From contig NC_068990.1 of assembly GCF_001194135.2 (NCBI RefSeq), positions 16,961,634 to 17,025,633 on the forward strand: a DNA stretch of 64,000 bases, in the 5' to 3' direction. Position 1 is the stretch's first letter. Every line of letters starts with the position of its first letter. This DNA comes from Octopus bimaculoides (Eukaryota). The notes beneath the pieces are model-generated. The model saw only the letters and a program-made list of their open reading frames with translations. It made no database searches and was not told the DNA's origin. This document shows positions 50,634 through 64,000 of this stretch, piece after piece. The translations under genes were made by a program, and so were the position numbers.

Positions 50634-53419
50634 CGTATGTATGTATACATGTACATGCATGCATATTTACACACACATATATATACATACATATCTATAT
50701 GCATATATATGTACGTATGGGTATGTAAAAAATATTGATATATACATAAATACACACACACACGCGCGCATACACACACAGGTGTTTATAAATTTTGATG
50801 CACAAATGACCTTTGCATAAATAAAATTCCCTCAGCAACAGCAAAAACTTACCATCAACAATAAATATTGAACAAAGTTTAGCATCCATCCACCTAAAAT
50901 TGTTAAAAGAATTAAGGTTAGCGTCAGTTCGTTATCATCATCATCATCATCATCATCATCATCGTTTTATCGTCTGCTGCTCCATTCTTTGAATTAGTTC
51001 GACAAAATTCGTCGAGGCAGATTTTCTACGGCCAGACGTCTATCCTGTCACCAACCCTCACTCGTTTTCAAATAAGACAATATTTCCCCAAGGCCAGTCT
51101 AGAAAAGAAAGACATCGCTTATATGGCGGTGACACCCGTTTACAAGTACCATGCGATGTCAAGATAAAGAGACAGAAAGACACGCACACACACACACAAC
51201 TACATCACAAACACGTGCGTCTGTGAATTAGTCCTCCAACACCAGTTCTCTTGACAACCGGTGTCGGTTTATTTATACCCTCATAGCTTAGGTGGTTCAA
51301 TAAAAGAGGCCGATAGGATAAGTACAAGACTTCAAAAAATAATTAACTAAACCCGTCGAAGTGGTGCTCCAGTCAAATGACTGAAAAAAAAATTAGTTAT
51401 ATTTTTTCTTCATGATGCCTGTCAGTCACAATTATATCGCATTTTACCCCTTGAATAATAAACAGACATAAACCAGTTCTTATTTATATTTTATATCGAT
51501 TTACAAAGAAAGGAGCACTTTTGCCAGACTATAGTTCTCCAATGAGATGTTTTGTCAGTCTTTCATCTTTCATACGAACTATATAACTAGATAACCTGCT
51601 CATCTTAGTCTGTTACGACGCAAGATTAATTCTATGCTACGATTACAACTTTTTACCAACGGTAGACCGCAGGATCATTTACATAGACTACCCTCAAGAT
51701 ATAGGGCAAATATTGTCAAAACCTTTGTACTAAAAACGCTCCAACTGTTTCCTGTATATATTGCTTCAACGAAGGTGGTGGTGGTGGTGATGTATGCGTG
51801 TGTGTAAAGGGACAGAGAGAGATTGTAGTTCAGAAAAAGAATTTTTTTGTAAAGAATTTTGTTGAATTTTTCTAAGCCTCTCCAGATCAAACTGGCAACA
51901 TTTAAAGCTAATTAGGAGAGCGTTATCCCTATAGAGTCTGCCCCACCTCGAAGTTTGGAAAGTTCTTCTTTAAATGGTAAAATATATATAGACCTACAGG
52001 ATCGATAACTTTGGCGGAGTCCGAAGAACCCGTAGTCTTGTCAAACTCTACACCAATGATCTTCCTGGAAAGCTATCAAGCGTTCTCCTAGATGAAAGAA
52101 TAGTATTAAGTTCATCTGGTGTAATATCCGAAACCTTTTTAGCTAATAATAAAAGCCTTATTGAATAATATGATTGATATCATCGGGTAGTAGTTCTCTA
52201 TATCGATCTCTATGAACGAGTTATTGTTCAGATTACACACACACACAAGCATGGCTGTGTGGTAAGAAGTTTGCCACTATATGTTTCCAAGTTCAGTCTC
52301 ACCACCTGACACCTTGGACAGGTATCTTCTACTGTAGCCTCGAGACGACTAAAGAGTGGATTTGAAAGACGGTAACTGAAAGAAGCCCGTCGCTTACACG
52401 CATGCATGTATACATACATACAACGAACCGTCCAACTCATGTCAACATTGAAAAGGGATGTTAAATGGTGGCAATGTGTGTCTTTGTATTTTATTTGTAC
52501 AAGTCATGTGCAATTAATGTATGTTAATCAAAGTTATGCTTTCCGAAGTTATGTATAAGCGTATGTCTATAGAAAAAAATTAAATGAAATTGAAAAACAA
52601 ACTGAGATACCGTCGACCAAACCAGCCGGAACGCATTTAACAACATTTCTTGTTCACCGGATCTGATTCTTTCGCACTGGTGAAAGTCTGTTAAAAATGA
52701 AACATGCGTGCAGTAAAATTATTCTACCATGAAACCAGGACTCATATCAGATAAGATTTTTCTTGTTAAAGGCAAAAAGCCCACGTGTTGTGCAGTGGAA
52801 TTATTCTACCGCGTTAGCAGGTCCTCTTTTCCTACAAAATATCCAAAAGCTGTTTATAGTCAGAAATGGAAACGAATGCCTGTATACATTAAATTCTGAT
52901 TCAGAATGAGGTCTAACTTTTCTTTTTCTTCTCATTAATATACAACTTTTCTCTTGAAGTATTCACATGGCAAATCACTTTTTCTTTTCTCTCTTTTTTT
53001 TTATTATACTAATAGTATACTATTTTTTATGGGGTTGAAGTTTTTATTCTTCAATGTAATTATTCTTCTGAACCTCCCAGGAGAACAAAAAGCAAAAACG
53101 TAAATACTTCGTAGTCTATTTTTAAAAACTAAAACACTGATTCTTTCTCTAACCCCCTCCCTCTGTGTGTGTGTGTGTGTGTGTGCGCGCGTTATTCAGA
53201 TGAAGAGGAACAATAGTTAATGCGTTTTTCTCTATATCTTGGTGGGAAATCCGAGACGTGCAAGGGAAAAGGGGAAAATGAAACATTTCGTTTGAGTTGT
53301 CGTTGTCTAGTCCTTGAGATCAAAAGTCATTCAAATCATGATCTTCTGATCTTCTCAGTTTGTATTTCCGGATTTTGTTTAACCCGGGCGAAATTATAGA
53401 ATGTGTATACGTGATCCGT

Positions 53420-53747
53420 CAGAGATGATACATAAAAACTGAACCTATTTGTTCGGCAATTTCCGTTAAAAATTTTATATTTCTTTAATTTTTTCCCAGT
53501 CGAATCGCTTATGCTTTATGCATTTTTTAAATTTTGTATGTATGTTTGCGTTTATGTATGTATGTATGTATGTATGTATGTATGTATGGATATTTATGTA
53601 TGAAAGTATATATGCTTAAGTGCATACATACATACATGCATGTACACACAAAAAGTACATGAACATAAGTAATTCAGCTGAAAATAAAGAACTAAAAAGG
53701 TTTTACGGAAATTGCCGAATAGTTTCAGTTTTAAAATACCATCTCTG
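53420..53747. mobile_element. hAT-like MITE with ~90-bp imperfect TIRs around a (TATG)n core
   Basis: Termini cagagatg ... catctctg. The arms share aaaactgaa.ctatt..cggcaatttccgt in inverted orientation. No clean TSD. Confidence 0.65.
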
Positions 53748-54489
53748 AAGGACCGCCATGTGTACTTTTAAAAATGTAAAGGCGCGATATGTGAGAGGCT
53801 CAACAGTTATTTCTAGCAGACCGCGACACGGCATCACAGACTTCCTGATTAGCGATGCAACAGGAAGCAACACAACCAAACGCCGTATTATTCTCCCAAT
53901 ATGGCGTTTATAGCCTGGATGCTTACGATAAAGCGAATGCGATTAAAGTCACTACGAAAGGCCAGATGATGGTGTTGAACCAGCCTGTGTCGTATTAATA
54001 TTAACTTGATATTATCAAGCCGTTCCCAACATCTTTTAAAACCGTTGTTTCCGATAGACAATAGAGTCAGTAAAGAGACAGAAAAACTACGTTTCGCAAC
54101 TCTTAGTATTTTATCTCAATTTCACTGATACAAAGCAATGCTGGCATTTTCCCGTGCGAATTTGAAATACTTAGAATAAAAAGAAAAAAAAATTATATTT
54201 TATCTTTATTTGCTGTTTTATACTTATTTACCAAAAACAATACAAATAGATTAGATTTAAGGGGGGAAATGGGATTTAACCAATTCAATCTCTCTCATTT
54301 TAAACTCTTCCAGTTTTTAGACTACGGCCATGCTGGGGCACCGCCTTGAAAGGTTTTAGTCAAATGAATCGGCCCCAATACTTTTTTTAAAGCCTAGTTC
54401 TAATTCTATCAGTTTACTTTGCTGAACCACTAGTTAATGGGAATGTAAAGAAACCAGGATCGGTTGTCAAACGATGGTGGTGGGAACAC

Positions 54490-54658
54490 ACACATACGAT
54501 GGGCTTCTCTTAGTTTCCGTCCACCAAATCCACTCACAAGAATTTGATCATCCCGGAGCTATAGTAGAAGATACTTGCCCAAGGTGCCACGCAGAGGAAT
54601 TGAACCCGGAACCACGTGGTCGGGAAGCAAACTTCTTACGACACAGCCACGTCTGCAC
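54490..54658 (-). mobile_element. tRNA-derived SINE family C
   Basis: The reverse complement reads gcagacgtggctgtgtcgtaagaagtttgcttccc...ggttccgggttcaattcc...ggcaccttgggcaagt. Copies at about 2465-2610(-), 32775-33120(+, host of the Merlin-like MITE), 41633-41790(+) and 52248-52395(+). Confidence 0.75.
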
Positions 54659-54711
54659 TTATATAAATGAATGAAAATTGTGAAAATTCTTCTTTGTAGT
54701 TATTGAGATTC

Positions 54712-54757
<46 letters not shown>

Positions 54758-54909
54758 NNNNNNNNNNNNNNNNNNNNNNNNNNNNNNNNNNNNNNNNNNN
54801 NNNNNNNNNNNNNNNNNNNNNNNNNNNNNNNNNNNNNNNNNNNNNNNNNNNNNNNNNNNNNNNNNNNNNNNNNNNNNNNNNNNNNNNNNNNNNNNNNNNN
54901 NNNNNNNNN

Positions 54910-54941
<32 letters not shown>

Positions 54942-55483
54942 GGAGGGAGGGCAAGAGAGACAGACGGGTAGCGAGAGGAGGGAGAGAGAGAGAGACAGAC
55001 AGACAGACAGCAAGAAGAGGGAGAAAGAGATGAGAAAGAGAGAGGATATGTAAGAATGAGTAACCAATTTTGAAAATTCTTTGTAATTATTGATATTCGT
55101 AAGAGAGAGAGAGAGAGGAGGAGGAGAGAGATGGAGAAAGAGAGAGAGAAAACATTTGTAAGAATGAATAACCAGTTTTGTTTAAGTCGGTGAAGTTGAA
55201 GATATTTTTTTCAACTAGTTTCTTTAAGTCCACAAAATAAGCGCCATTAAGCATGTTTGTTGATGCTTCAGTTCATATAAGCGTACAACATGGATGTATG
55301 TGCAGGTGCGTATGTGTATGTGCAAATATATATTGTATACACGTGCGTATGTATGTGTGTATACATTTATGTCAAGTAAATAGGCCATCGCTCATGTCAT
55401 AAAAAGTATTTGGACATTTAAATTTATCACTGCATAAACGTGCATGAATATACATCTATCTATCTATCTATCTATCTATCTAC

Positions 55484-55526
<43 letters not shown>

Positions 55527-56027
55527 TAAATGTGCGAAGTGTATGGATGCTTGTTTAGATCATGTCGGCCTCGCTCGATAAGGTCACACACAGCGAGGAA
55601 GACGTTTAAAAAAAGAAAAGCAATCTCAGCAAATAAAAAAACAAAACAAAATAAAATCTAAATAAATAAAAAGAAAACCATTTGCAATTCAAGTGAGATT
55701 GGTGTGATTTATTATTATTATTATTATTATCATAATTATTACTATTATTATTTCAACTGTTTTAAAGTTTACAATGGAAGTACTGGTGTTACCATATATC
55801 ACATGTAGCATGTAAATTTGGTAGGGCGGGTCTAATGGAGGTTTGGGTCAATGAAAGCTAAAAGGTTAGGCCAAATATCTAGCGTAAATAAATACACGGA
55901 ATCAGGTATATATTCGATTTCGCTGTGAAATTTGACCCACAGGGGCATTTTCCACAGTTTAATAAAAGGTTCGTACCAACGGTTGCCATGGTTATTTAAC
56001 AACTTTCATCCTATCAATGCATATTAT

Positions 56028-56386
56028 AACAAGAGCACTCAGAGAACGCAAACCTCCGCCAAGGCAACACCAACGATTAGCTGGAGATGATTTTTAAAAT
56101 GAGAATATCTGAAATAAACTCAGCTGCTCTCACAAACGAGAATACTAAAAATGAACCCGACCGCTTTCAAAGATTAAGTAAAAAAAAAAAAGGAAAAATA
56201 ATCCAGAATCCTTGTCCGGTACCGGATCGATCTCAAAATCTAATCAGCTCGTGCCAGTCACGAGGCCAAACATCTCTGAAAGTTTCATCCGAATCCATCC
56301 AGCGGTTCTTGAGATATCTTGTCCACGGTCAAACAAACAAACGTGATTGAAAATAATACCTCCGCCTTAGCAAAGGCGGAGGTATT
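56028..56386 (+). mobile_element. Helentron-associated non-autonomous element (HINE/DINE-1-like)
   Basis: Starts aacaagagc. A 5' subterminal repeat acctccgccaagg lies at 56052-56064. The 3' hairpin is aatacctccgcc-ttagcaaa-ggcggaggtatt (12-bp stem). Confidence 0.65.
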
Positions 56387-56659
56387 GTTTCACTGATAGT
56401 TAAACAGCATCATTGTTATTGATAATAATAAACAAACGGGATATTTGTTTTATTTAATTCAATAAAGTATTCATTTCATGGTTAACATGTAGTTTAGACC
56501 TCTACAAAACTGAAAGTAAATTGTAATAGAAACCATGCATCCATCAGTATGTCTGCACATATATGCACACACACATTCGTATATATACACAGATATATGG
56601 ATGTACACACACGTGTGCGTGTGTGTGTGCATACATATATATATATCCTTTTTTCTTCT

Positions 56660-56815
56660 TCTTTAGGCACAAGGCCCGAAATTTTAAGGGGAGGGGCCAG
56701 TGGATTAGATCGACACCAGGACGAAACTGGTACTTAATTTATCGACCCCGAAAGGAGGAAAGGCAAAGTCGACCTCGGCGGAATTTGAACTCAGAACATA
56801 AAGACAGACGAAATA
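56660..56815 (-). mobile_element. SINE family A, young CpG-intact copy
   Basis: atcgaccccgaaaggaggaaaggcaaagtcgacctcggcggaatttgaactcagaac. Confidence 0.85.
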
Positions 56816-56829
56816 CATACATATATATT

Positions 56830-57136
56830 AACGTGCAAGTGGCTGAGCACTCCACAGACACGTGTACCCTTTACGTAGTTCTCGGGGAGATTCAGCGTGA
56901 CACATAGTGTGACAAGGTTGACCCCTTTGAAATACAGGTACAACAGAAACAGGAAGAAAGAGCGAGAGAAAGTTGTGGTGAAAGAGTACAGCAGGGTTCG
57001 CGACCAACCCCTGCCGGAGCCACGTGGAGCTTTAGGTGTTTTCGCTCAATAAGCACTCACAACGTCCGGTCTGGGAATGGAAACCGCGATCCCACGACCG
57101 CGAGTCGCTGCCCTAACCACTGGGCCATTGCGCCTC

Positions 57137-57137
<1 letters not shown>
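56830..57137 (-). mobile_element. tRNA-derived SINE family B
   Basis: The reverse complement begins ggcgcaatggcccagtggttagggcagcgactcgcggtcg (A box), followed by a decayed B box. Related copies at about 4495-4640(-), 6500-6620(+), 12780-12900(+), 20028-20170(+) and 35035-35360(-). Confidence 0.75.
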
Positions 57138-57167
<30 letters not shown>

Positions 57168-60100
57168 TCATATATACAAGCATATACACTTGGTAACAAG
57201 ACGCATACGTATTTCACAGGGTACATCATATTTAGTCTTACCAAGTTGTTTATCAAAAGTGCTCAACAAATGCTTATTGTGAATCACGAATTGTTTGCGG
57301 CTATGATATCAATTCAATACTGTGAGCGAGTGACTGCAATATGTTGCAGCGCGGCAAACACGAGAGAAAGGATCTTTCTGATTTGGCGGACACCATTTAC
57401 GCAATACAATTATACAATATATAGATACGTGTGTGTGTGTGTAGTATTTCCTTGTCTCTACCTCCTTCTTTCTCCCTCTTCAATCCTTTTTTAAAACCTC
57501 TTGATGTTCCTTTTATTTTTCTTCTCGCTTTGGCCTCTGTTCCATTGTACTAACACTTGTTACTTCCCCGCCTTCTCCCCACTTCTTACCTCCCCTTCTT
57601 CCCCTCCCTATTACCGACCTACACCAGTTAACATTTCATCTTTCTCTGTCTCTCTTTTCTACAAAAGATTCCATAAGAAACGTTAGCCTTCTTCTTCACC
57701 ATATCAAATATATTCCACGGTTTGAACTATTTATATTTCTGCTGACACAGAACACCGCTAAATTCTTTAGATTCTACCGTTTTATTATATCATGTAATAT
57801 ATACAACAGGAATTTCATGTTTTTTTAAAATTTATTTATTCAATTTTCATTTATTTCAACTTTTTATTCTTTCGGGATCGATAAAATAAGTTCTGGTTGA
57901 ACAGTGAGGTTGATAGAATCAAACTGTATCCCTCCCCTAAAACTGCTGGCTTTGAATCAAAATTTGAAAACCATTATTATTAGAAGTATTGTTAGAGCTG
58001 TCGGAATCGTTATAGCGTCAGACCTTGCAGTCTTTCTGGCGCACTACGTTCTGAGTTCAACTTCCGCCAGGATCGACTTTGCCTTTTATTCTTAGTGGGG
58101 GCAGAGGAATTATGAGGTCAATATAATCGACTTTCTCTTTCTCTTCAAAAATTCATTTTGTTTTGCATATTTGATTATTTGCATGTTATATAAAAAAAAG
58201 GCTACGTTTTTCTTCCCCCCCTTTTTTTTTTTTTTTCATAACACTAAACAATCCGTTAATTGTGGAACTGTTGTTGTTTAACTCCAGATAAGCCCTATTC
58301 GAGCAGATCTAAAATCAAAGATACCTTGCCTTGCTCTTGGGCCTCAACTCCTTGACGGAATAGTAGGAGCACTATTGAGTCATGCAGTATATCTTGGGTT
58401 TATTTAGACATGATGGAGCCCTTTCCTCTCCAGATCTGAGCACACACATTTCTTCTAGAAAGCGAAACAGATAAACAGACAGACAAGCGAAGAACTGTCT
58501 TATGACTGATATTTTATCAACTCCAAAAGGATGAACGGCAAGTTGACCTCGACAGGATTCAAACTGAGTACGCAGAGGACCGGAAGGATAACCGCAAAAC
58601 TATCTACCGGACTCTCAAACGAATCTGTCAGTTGGCTGTCTTAGATGGTACTTAATCCACTCCAGAAAGATGAAAAATTTAAGTCAAATCCAACGTGATC
58701 TGAACGGAGAAAGTAAATATTGAAAACCTTAATTCTTAATAACATTTTTTTACAACTTATATTGGTTTCTGTTTTAGGCAGAAAGTCAATTGGCCATAAA
58801 CGGTTTCTGATTTAAACAGAAGGCCAGCAATTTTGAAAGGAAAGGGTTTAGTCGATGACATCGATCGCAGTATTTGACTGGTACTTTATTTTATTGGCCC
58901 GGGAGGAAATTGTGCCTAAATAATTCGTTTAGAGATTATTGCGGATGGATTAAGTATTGATCAGAAAATTCAAAATGATGAGTTAATAAAAAAGCGGGGT
59001 CAAATTGTAAAGATTCGGGTTGAGGAATGGAGGTAAAAAGTTGTTCAATTATGGAGCAAAATTGACCTTGGTGGGACTTGAACTCAGAACACGATGTGAT
59101 CAAAGACTGCAGGACATATTGTCCCCAGATGCGCTACCGATTCTACCAGATACTCCTGACCAAGTTAATGTCATTCAAACATTAACTTCGATTTAAAACT
59201 CTAGAATTCTGATGACGTCATTAATAGTTTTGGGTGTTGATGGAGGGGTAAATGAATATTTTTTCAATTAATGTAAACACGAGGAGCAATTGTTATCGTC
59301 GATTTACAGTCGCTGCTGCTGTTGTTGTTGTGGTGGTGGTGTTGGTGGTGGTGGTGTTGGTGGTGTTGGTGGTGGTGGTAGTGATGGTGTTGTGGTTGGT
59401 ATTATTTTCATTTTTAACCCATTTTCAGATTTGTTTGGCATAAATCTAAAACAATGAATTGCAGGTCTCTCTCTCTCTTTGTCTTTCTTTCTCTCTCTCT
59501 GCATACAGTGTGTGTAGAGGAATTTATATATGTATGAACATAGTGATAGACATATGCATATATAGACATACACACATACAGTTATATACACATATGTAGC
59601 ATAGTTATACACACATCTACAGATACGTGTGCTAGTAGATGTATACTTCCATTTTTATAAAAATATATTGGTATATAGGTGACTGTGTGTGTACAAGAAA
59701 CCTTGCAATGATTTATGCGTATATACATAGTTATACACAAATACATGCACATAAATGCTTGTAATATAGCTATATTTGTATGAAAATATATCGGTATATA
59801 ATGTGTCGTGCGTGTAATAATTAATGGTTATCACGTTTTTCAGTTGAAATTGAATATTAACAGTTTATACCAGGACAAATTCCTCCACGAAATCGTAAAC
59901 AAACCGCTGACACCCGAATAATTTTCCACTCAGAAAAACCCCTTATCCGAGTGGAATACGATGTTGCAGAATATATATTAAGAGACTTCACCAAGTGACA
60001 CCAAAATAGAAAACATGATCTGGGTAATACTGAGCAATACCTATGAAGTTTAATGAATTCATGGTCAAACCCCTACTCTATTTTTTATAGGCTTTGCCAT

Positions 60101-60684
60101 AGATTTTTTGACTCACATTCTGCTATTGGTTAACACAGCTCTGAATATTCTTCCAGTATCGACAGAAATATTTTTATTGTTCCTTCTACGAGCTTAACTT
60201 TCCATTGAAGTAATCTCGTCTATGGTTTCCCTGTCGTTTCGAAGCTACAAGAAACCTCTCACCTAATTAGGACAATACCTAATTTTCTGTAATACCTTTA
60301 TTTTCTGTAAGAGATAATTTGCCGATTATGCAGACTAACGTCTGCCTACAGTGGAGAATTATTTCAATATGCATCCATTTTGAAAACTAGGTTGGTTGTG
60401 CCATTTGTGATATCTCGGCCAAATATAACGATACAAATGACAATAGGAATTCACTGATCGCAGCCCCCCCCCCTTCGGCCAGCAGTCAAGTTACCTTATT
60501 AAGTTTACAGTCGGTTGTTTTCTCTTTAGAATCAATGTCTTTATTTTTGACAATGGAACTCGAAGCAGATGAAGCCTTTGGTTGTTTTATCTTATGCTCT
60601 GCGATGGATGAACTGTTCTCACAGTCAGCATATTTCCTCTCTATGCATACTGTTAGCTGGCATCTTGCAAGGAGTACTGATTGA

Positions 60685-60905
60685 GCAACGAGCTGGCAGA
60701 AACGTCACCCCGCCGGGCGAAATGCTTCGTTGTATTTCGTCTGCCGTTACGTTCTGAGTTCAAATCTGCCGCGGTCGAATTTGCCTTTCATCCTTTCGGG
60801 GTCGATAAATTAAGTACCAGTTACGCACTGGGGTTGATGTAATTGACTTAATCCCTTTGTTTGTCCCCTCTATCTTTAGCCTCTTGTGGGCAATTAAGAA
60901 ATAAG
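60685..60905 (+). mobile_element. SINE family A, full copy
   Basis: Head-to-tail match to 843-1073, including the ccttgtgggcaat.aagaaat tail. Confidence 0.85.
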
Positions 60906-61031
60906 GAGTACTGACTGTGGTATTTCGTCTAGATCTTCTGAATCCCCCTTTACTACACGCGCGCAGTACACACACACATATCTTTTACTTGTTTCAGTCT
61001 TTAGACAGCGGCCATGCTGGGGCACTGCCTT

Positions 61032-61068
<37 letters not shown>

Positions 61069-61856
61069 GGAGGTGCGACGCATAACCAAAATTTGGGGCT
61101 TAGAAGTAAGTTTCACTCCCCACTCATGTATCCAAGGTGGTTAGAAAGAGCATCGAACCGCAGGTTAAGCTAGAATGCATGATACGAGCTACATCACAAT
61201 ATGAATAATAATAATAAAGAAAACATATTTAGTATTTTTTGCCAGAAAAGACTGATGAGGTATATCGAGAAGACTGAGTAATTTTACCAAACGAATGTGT
61301 AATCTTGTCACTTGATTTATTTGGAAACGCATATGTTTTATAAAACTTAAAATGCCAATATAGTTTTTCTTTGCTTTTATATCTTTATATTGAGAGAGAG
61401 AGAGAGAGAGATAAGATGGTAGGCTGTGATTTGAAGAAGATTTGGCTGCTATTTCTAGATCAAGCGACTACATAGAAAGCACGTTAGTTGGCTCGCATTA
61501 TTTATTTAGTTCATTTATTTATTATATAACTTAGGAAGCAAGAATAAAGGAAGATTGGAAATTCCTGCCGGGATCTCGTGACATATTTATTTCATGGTTC
61601 TGCAAACGTTCACTAAAATGTCAACCGCCTCAATCTCTCTTGACAATAAACAATCAGTGTTAATTACGAGTGAGTGTATATATGTGTGTGCGTGTGGAAA
61701 TATATATTTGCATTTGCACATAAATACAATATATATATATATATATATATATATACGCATATACATAGATGTATATACACATATGCATACATGTATATAT
61801 ACATATATAGACATATATATATATACATATACATACATATATGTGCACACACAAAC

Positions 61857-61889
<33 letters not shown>

Positions 61890-62293
61890 GACACACAGAC
61901 AGACCCATATACAAGTACGATACAAAAGTCATTACATAGTTTTGCTTTTCATTTGAGTTTCACAAACAATTGATGTTAGGTTCTCTATTTTTTGTTTTCT
62001 TTTTTTTTATCTTTTAGATTTGTTCTTTCTTTTTCTCCTTTCATTTTCATTCCCCCCCCCCCCACACACACACGGTCTTCCTTTTTTTTTGTCTATCTCC
62101 CCTTCTATCTCTTCCTCTCCTCTTTAACACATATGAAAATATGTTACTCAAAATGGCGTTATTTATTTATGTATTTATTTATTGTCTTTGCAAATCTGTT
62201 TTATTTAGTTCCACACTATTTCGTTCTGATTTCATTTTCCCAGAGTCGATACGGTTGTCAAGTACTGAGTCGACTTTCATCAATTGTTCAAAT

Positions 62294-62639
62294 GGATCTT
62301 TTTTAAAACGGGGGCCACATTTTTCATTAACGAAACACTTTGAAACTTGGAACACTGGTAGAATGTGTCATATAAAACATCTTTTTCTCTTAGTCTTCTT
62401 AAAAAAAAAAGAAATCCCTAAGTTATTCCATGTTAAAGTTGTCGTATTTCTGTAATTTCAACCAATCACTGACGTCCATTCAGCCGATATACATTAAGTG
62501 CCGACTACATAAACAAACGATTCTGAAACAATTCTATCGGTGATAGGGTTAGGGTTAGGGTAAAACAGCAAATTTAAAAAGAAAAAAGCAAAACGAAGCT
62601 ATGGAAATTAAATACGCTTTACATCGCTTAATCAGCCAA
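62294..62639 (+). mobile_element. Second, near-identical copy of the Merlin-like MITE (left part; rest in gap)
   Basis: Nearly base-for-base identical to 33121-33389, including the TIR and tagggttagggttagggt; truncated by an N run. Confidence 0.85.
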
Positions 62640-64000
62640 NNNNNNNNNNNNNNNNNNNNNNNNNNNNNNNNNNNNNNNNNNNNNNNNNNNNNNNNNNNNN
62701 NNNNNNNNNNNNNNNNNNNNNNNNNNNNNNNNNNNNNNNNNNNNNNNNNNNNNNNNNNNNNNNNNNNNNNNNNNNNNNNNNNNNNNNNNNNNNNNNNNNN
62801 NNNNNNNNNNNNNNNNNNNNNNNNNNNNNNNNNNNNNNNNNNNNNNNNNNNNNNNNNNNNNNNNNNNNNNNNNNNNNNNNNNNNNNNNNNNNNNNNNNNN
62901 NNNNNNNNNNNNNNNNNNNNNNNNNNNNNNNNNNNNNNNNNNNNNNNNNNNNNNNNNNNNNNNNNNNNNNNNNNNNNNNNNNNNNNNNNNNNNNNNNNNN
63001 NNNNNNNNNNNNNNNNNNNNNNNNNNNNNNNNNNNNNNNNNNNNNNNNNNNNNNNNNNNNNNNNNNNNNNNNNNNNNNNNNNNNNNNNNNNNNNNNNNNN
63101 NNNNNNNNNNNNNNNNNNNNNNNNNNNNNNNNNNNNNNNNNNNNNNNNNNNNNNNNNNNNNNNNNNNNNNNNNNNNNNNNNNNNNNNNNNNNNNNNNNNN
63201 NNNNNNNNNNNNNNNNTTTTTTTTTTTTTTACAATTGTCTCAGAAATCCTCATTCGCACTCTTTTCCTTTCGATAAATATATCAAAATATTCAGCTTTAA
63301 ATTACTTTATTTCGTTTTAACGTGTTTAATACAGTAAACATTAAAAATATACACAGAAACTGTTGAAGAAAATACAAATAATATTAACCAATGACTAACA
63401 TTATCAAAGTACTCGTCACATACTGAGATCCATTTACTCAACTATAATCTTCTCCAAAAATATGAAGCCTTCTATCTGTATTATCTAAATCATGTCAACT
63501 AAGGGAAACAACTGCTGTTGATGTTTCGGTCTTATTACAAAACTTCATCTTTTCAGCGAAGCATACATTTCATCATATTTAAAGTGGTAATAGAAGAATC
63601 ACTAAGTAAATGCCCAAGGTTGTACACTGGTTGGTGTAGACATATAGAATTTTGTAAAGAAAGCTTTAAATACCAATTTCATTCTTCTTAACTTCCACTA
63701 CTCAGTCACTATATTTTATTTATTCATTTATATATTTAGCTGCTTCATGTTTTAAAAATTATATTATTTTCTTCAAATAAAAATACGTACTTTTTTAAAC
63801 TTCAGAATTATAAAGTCAAACCTTATCAAAAAAAAAAAAAAAAAAGTCGATTATATCAAACTCAGTCACTACTGAAAAGAAAAAGAACGTTACCTATTGA
63901 CTTCCGGTGAGACGAAAGGCGAAGTCAACACCGACGGAGTTTTTAAACGCAGAGTGTAAAAATAATAAAAATTCTTGAAATATATACACCAGCAATCCAC

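Noticed and set aside
51860-52200. Possible highly decayed RTE-like RT remnant (IKLATFKA..ESV)
   Set aside because: The similarity is too weak to support without alignment.
55982-55995. RFX X-box-like motif gttgccatggttat
   Set aside because: An isolated imperfect match with no promoter context.

Overview
AT-rich eukaryotic (animal) DNA from a gapped draft assembly. It has about 20 N-runs and very dense (TA)n, (CA)n, (TAA)n and (GAT)n microsatellites. The SINE families look like those of Octopus; this is inferred from recall and was not checked. Most of the ORF track is microsatellite or gap artefact. Only one host coding exon is recognisable: a 119-nt minus-strand exon (9419-9537) encoding the first FG-GAP repeat of an integrin alpha subunit. 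It is absent from the ORF track, and no neighbouring exons could be identified. The rest is mostly mobile DNA: at least four SINE families, decayed CR1 and RTE LINE fragments, an R4/Dong-type RLE retrotransposon fragment inside a (TAA)n tract, a mariner foldback, and Tigger-, hAT-, Merlin-, piggyBac- and Helentron-like non-autonomous elements. The most notable object is a ~490-bp element at 9859-10344, flanked by a 13-bp direct repeat. It joins a tRNA-like Pol III head to a Penelope-type minimal hammerhead ribozyme. An inverted copy of its 3' part lies upstream, and that copy, which is in the integrin gene's sense orientation, has lost exactly the catalytic core. CpG is visibly depleted left of ~28 kb and retained to the right, suggesting a gene-body methylation boundary. 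Repeat coordinates are read by eye and approximate unless stated base-exact.
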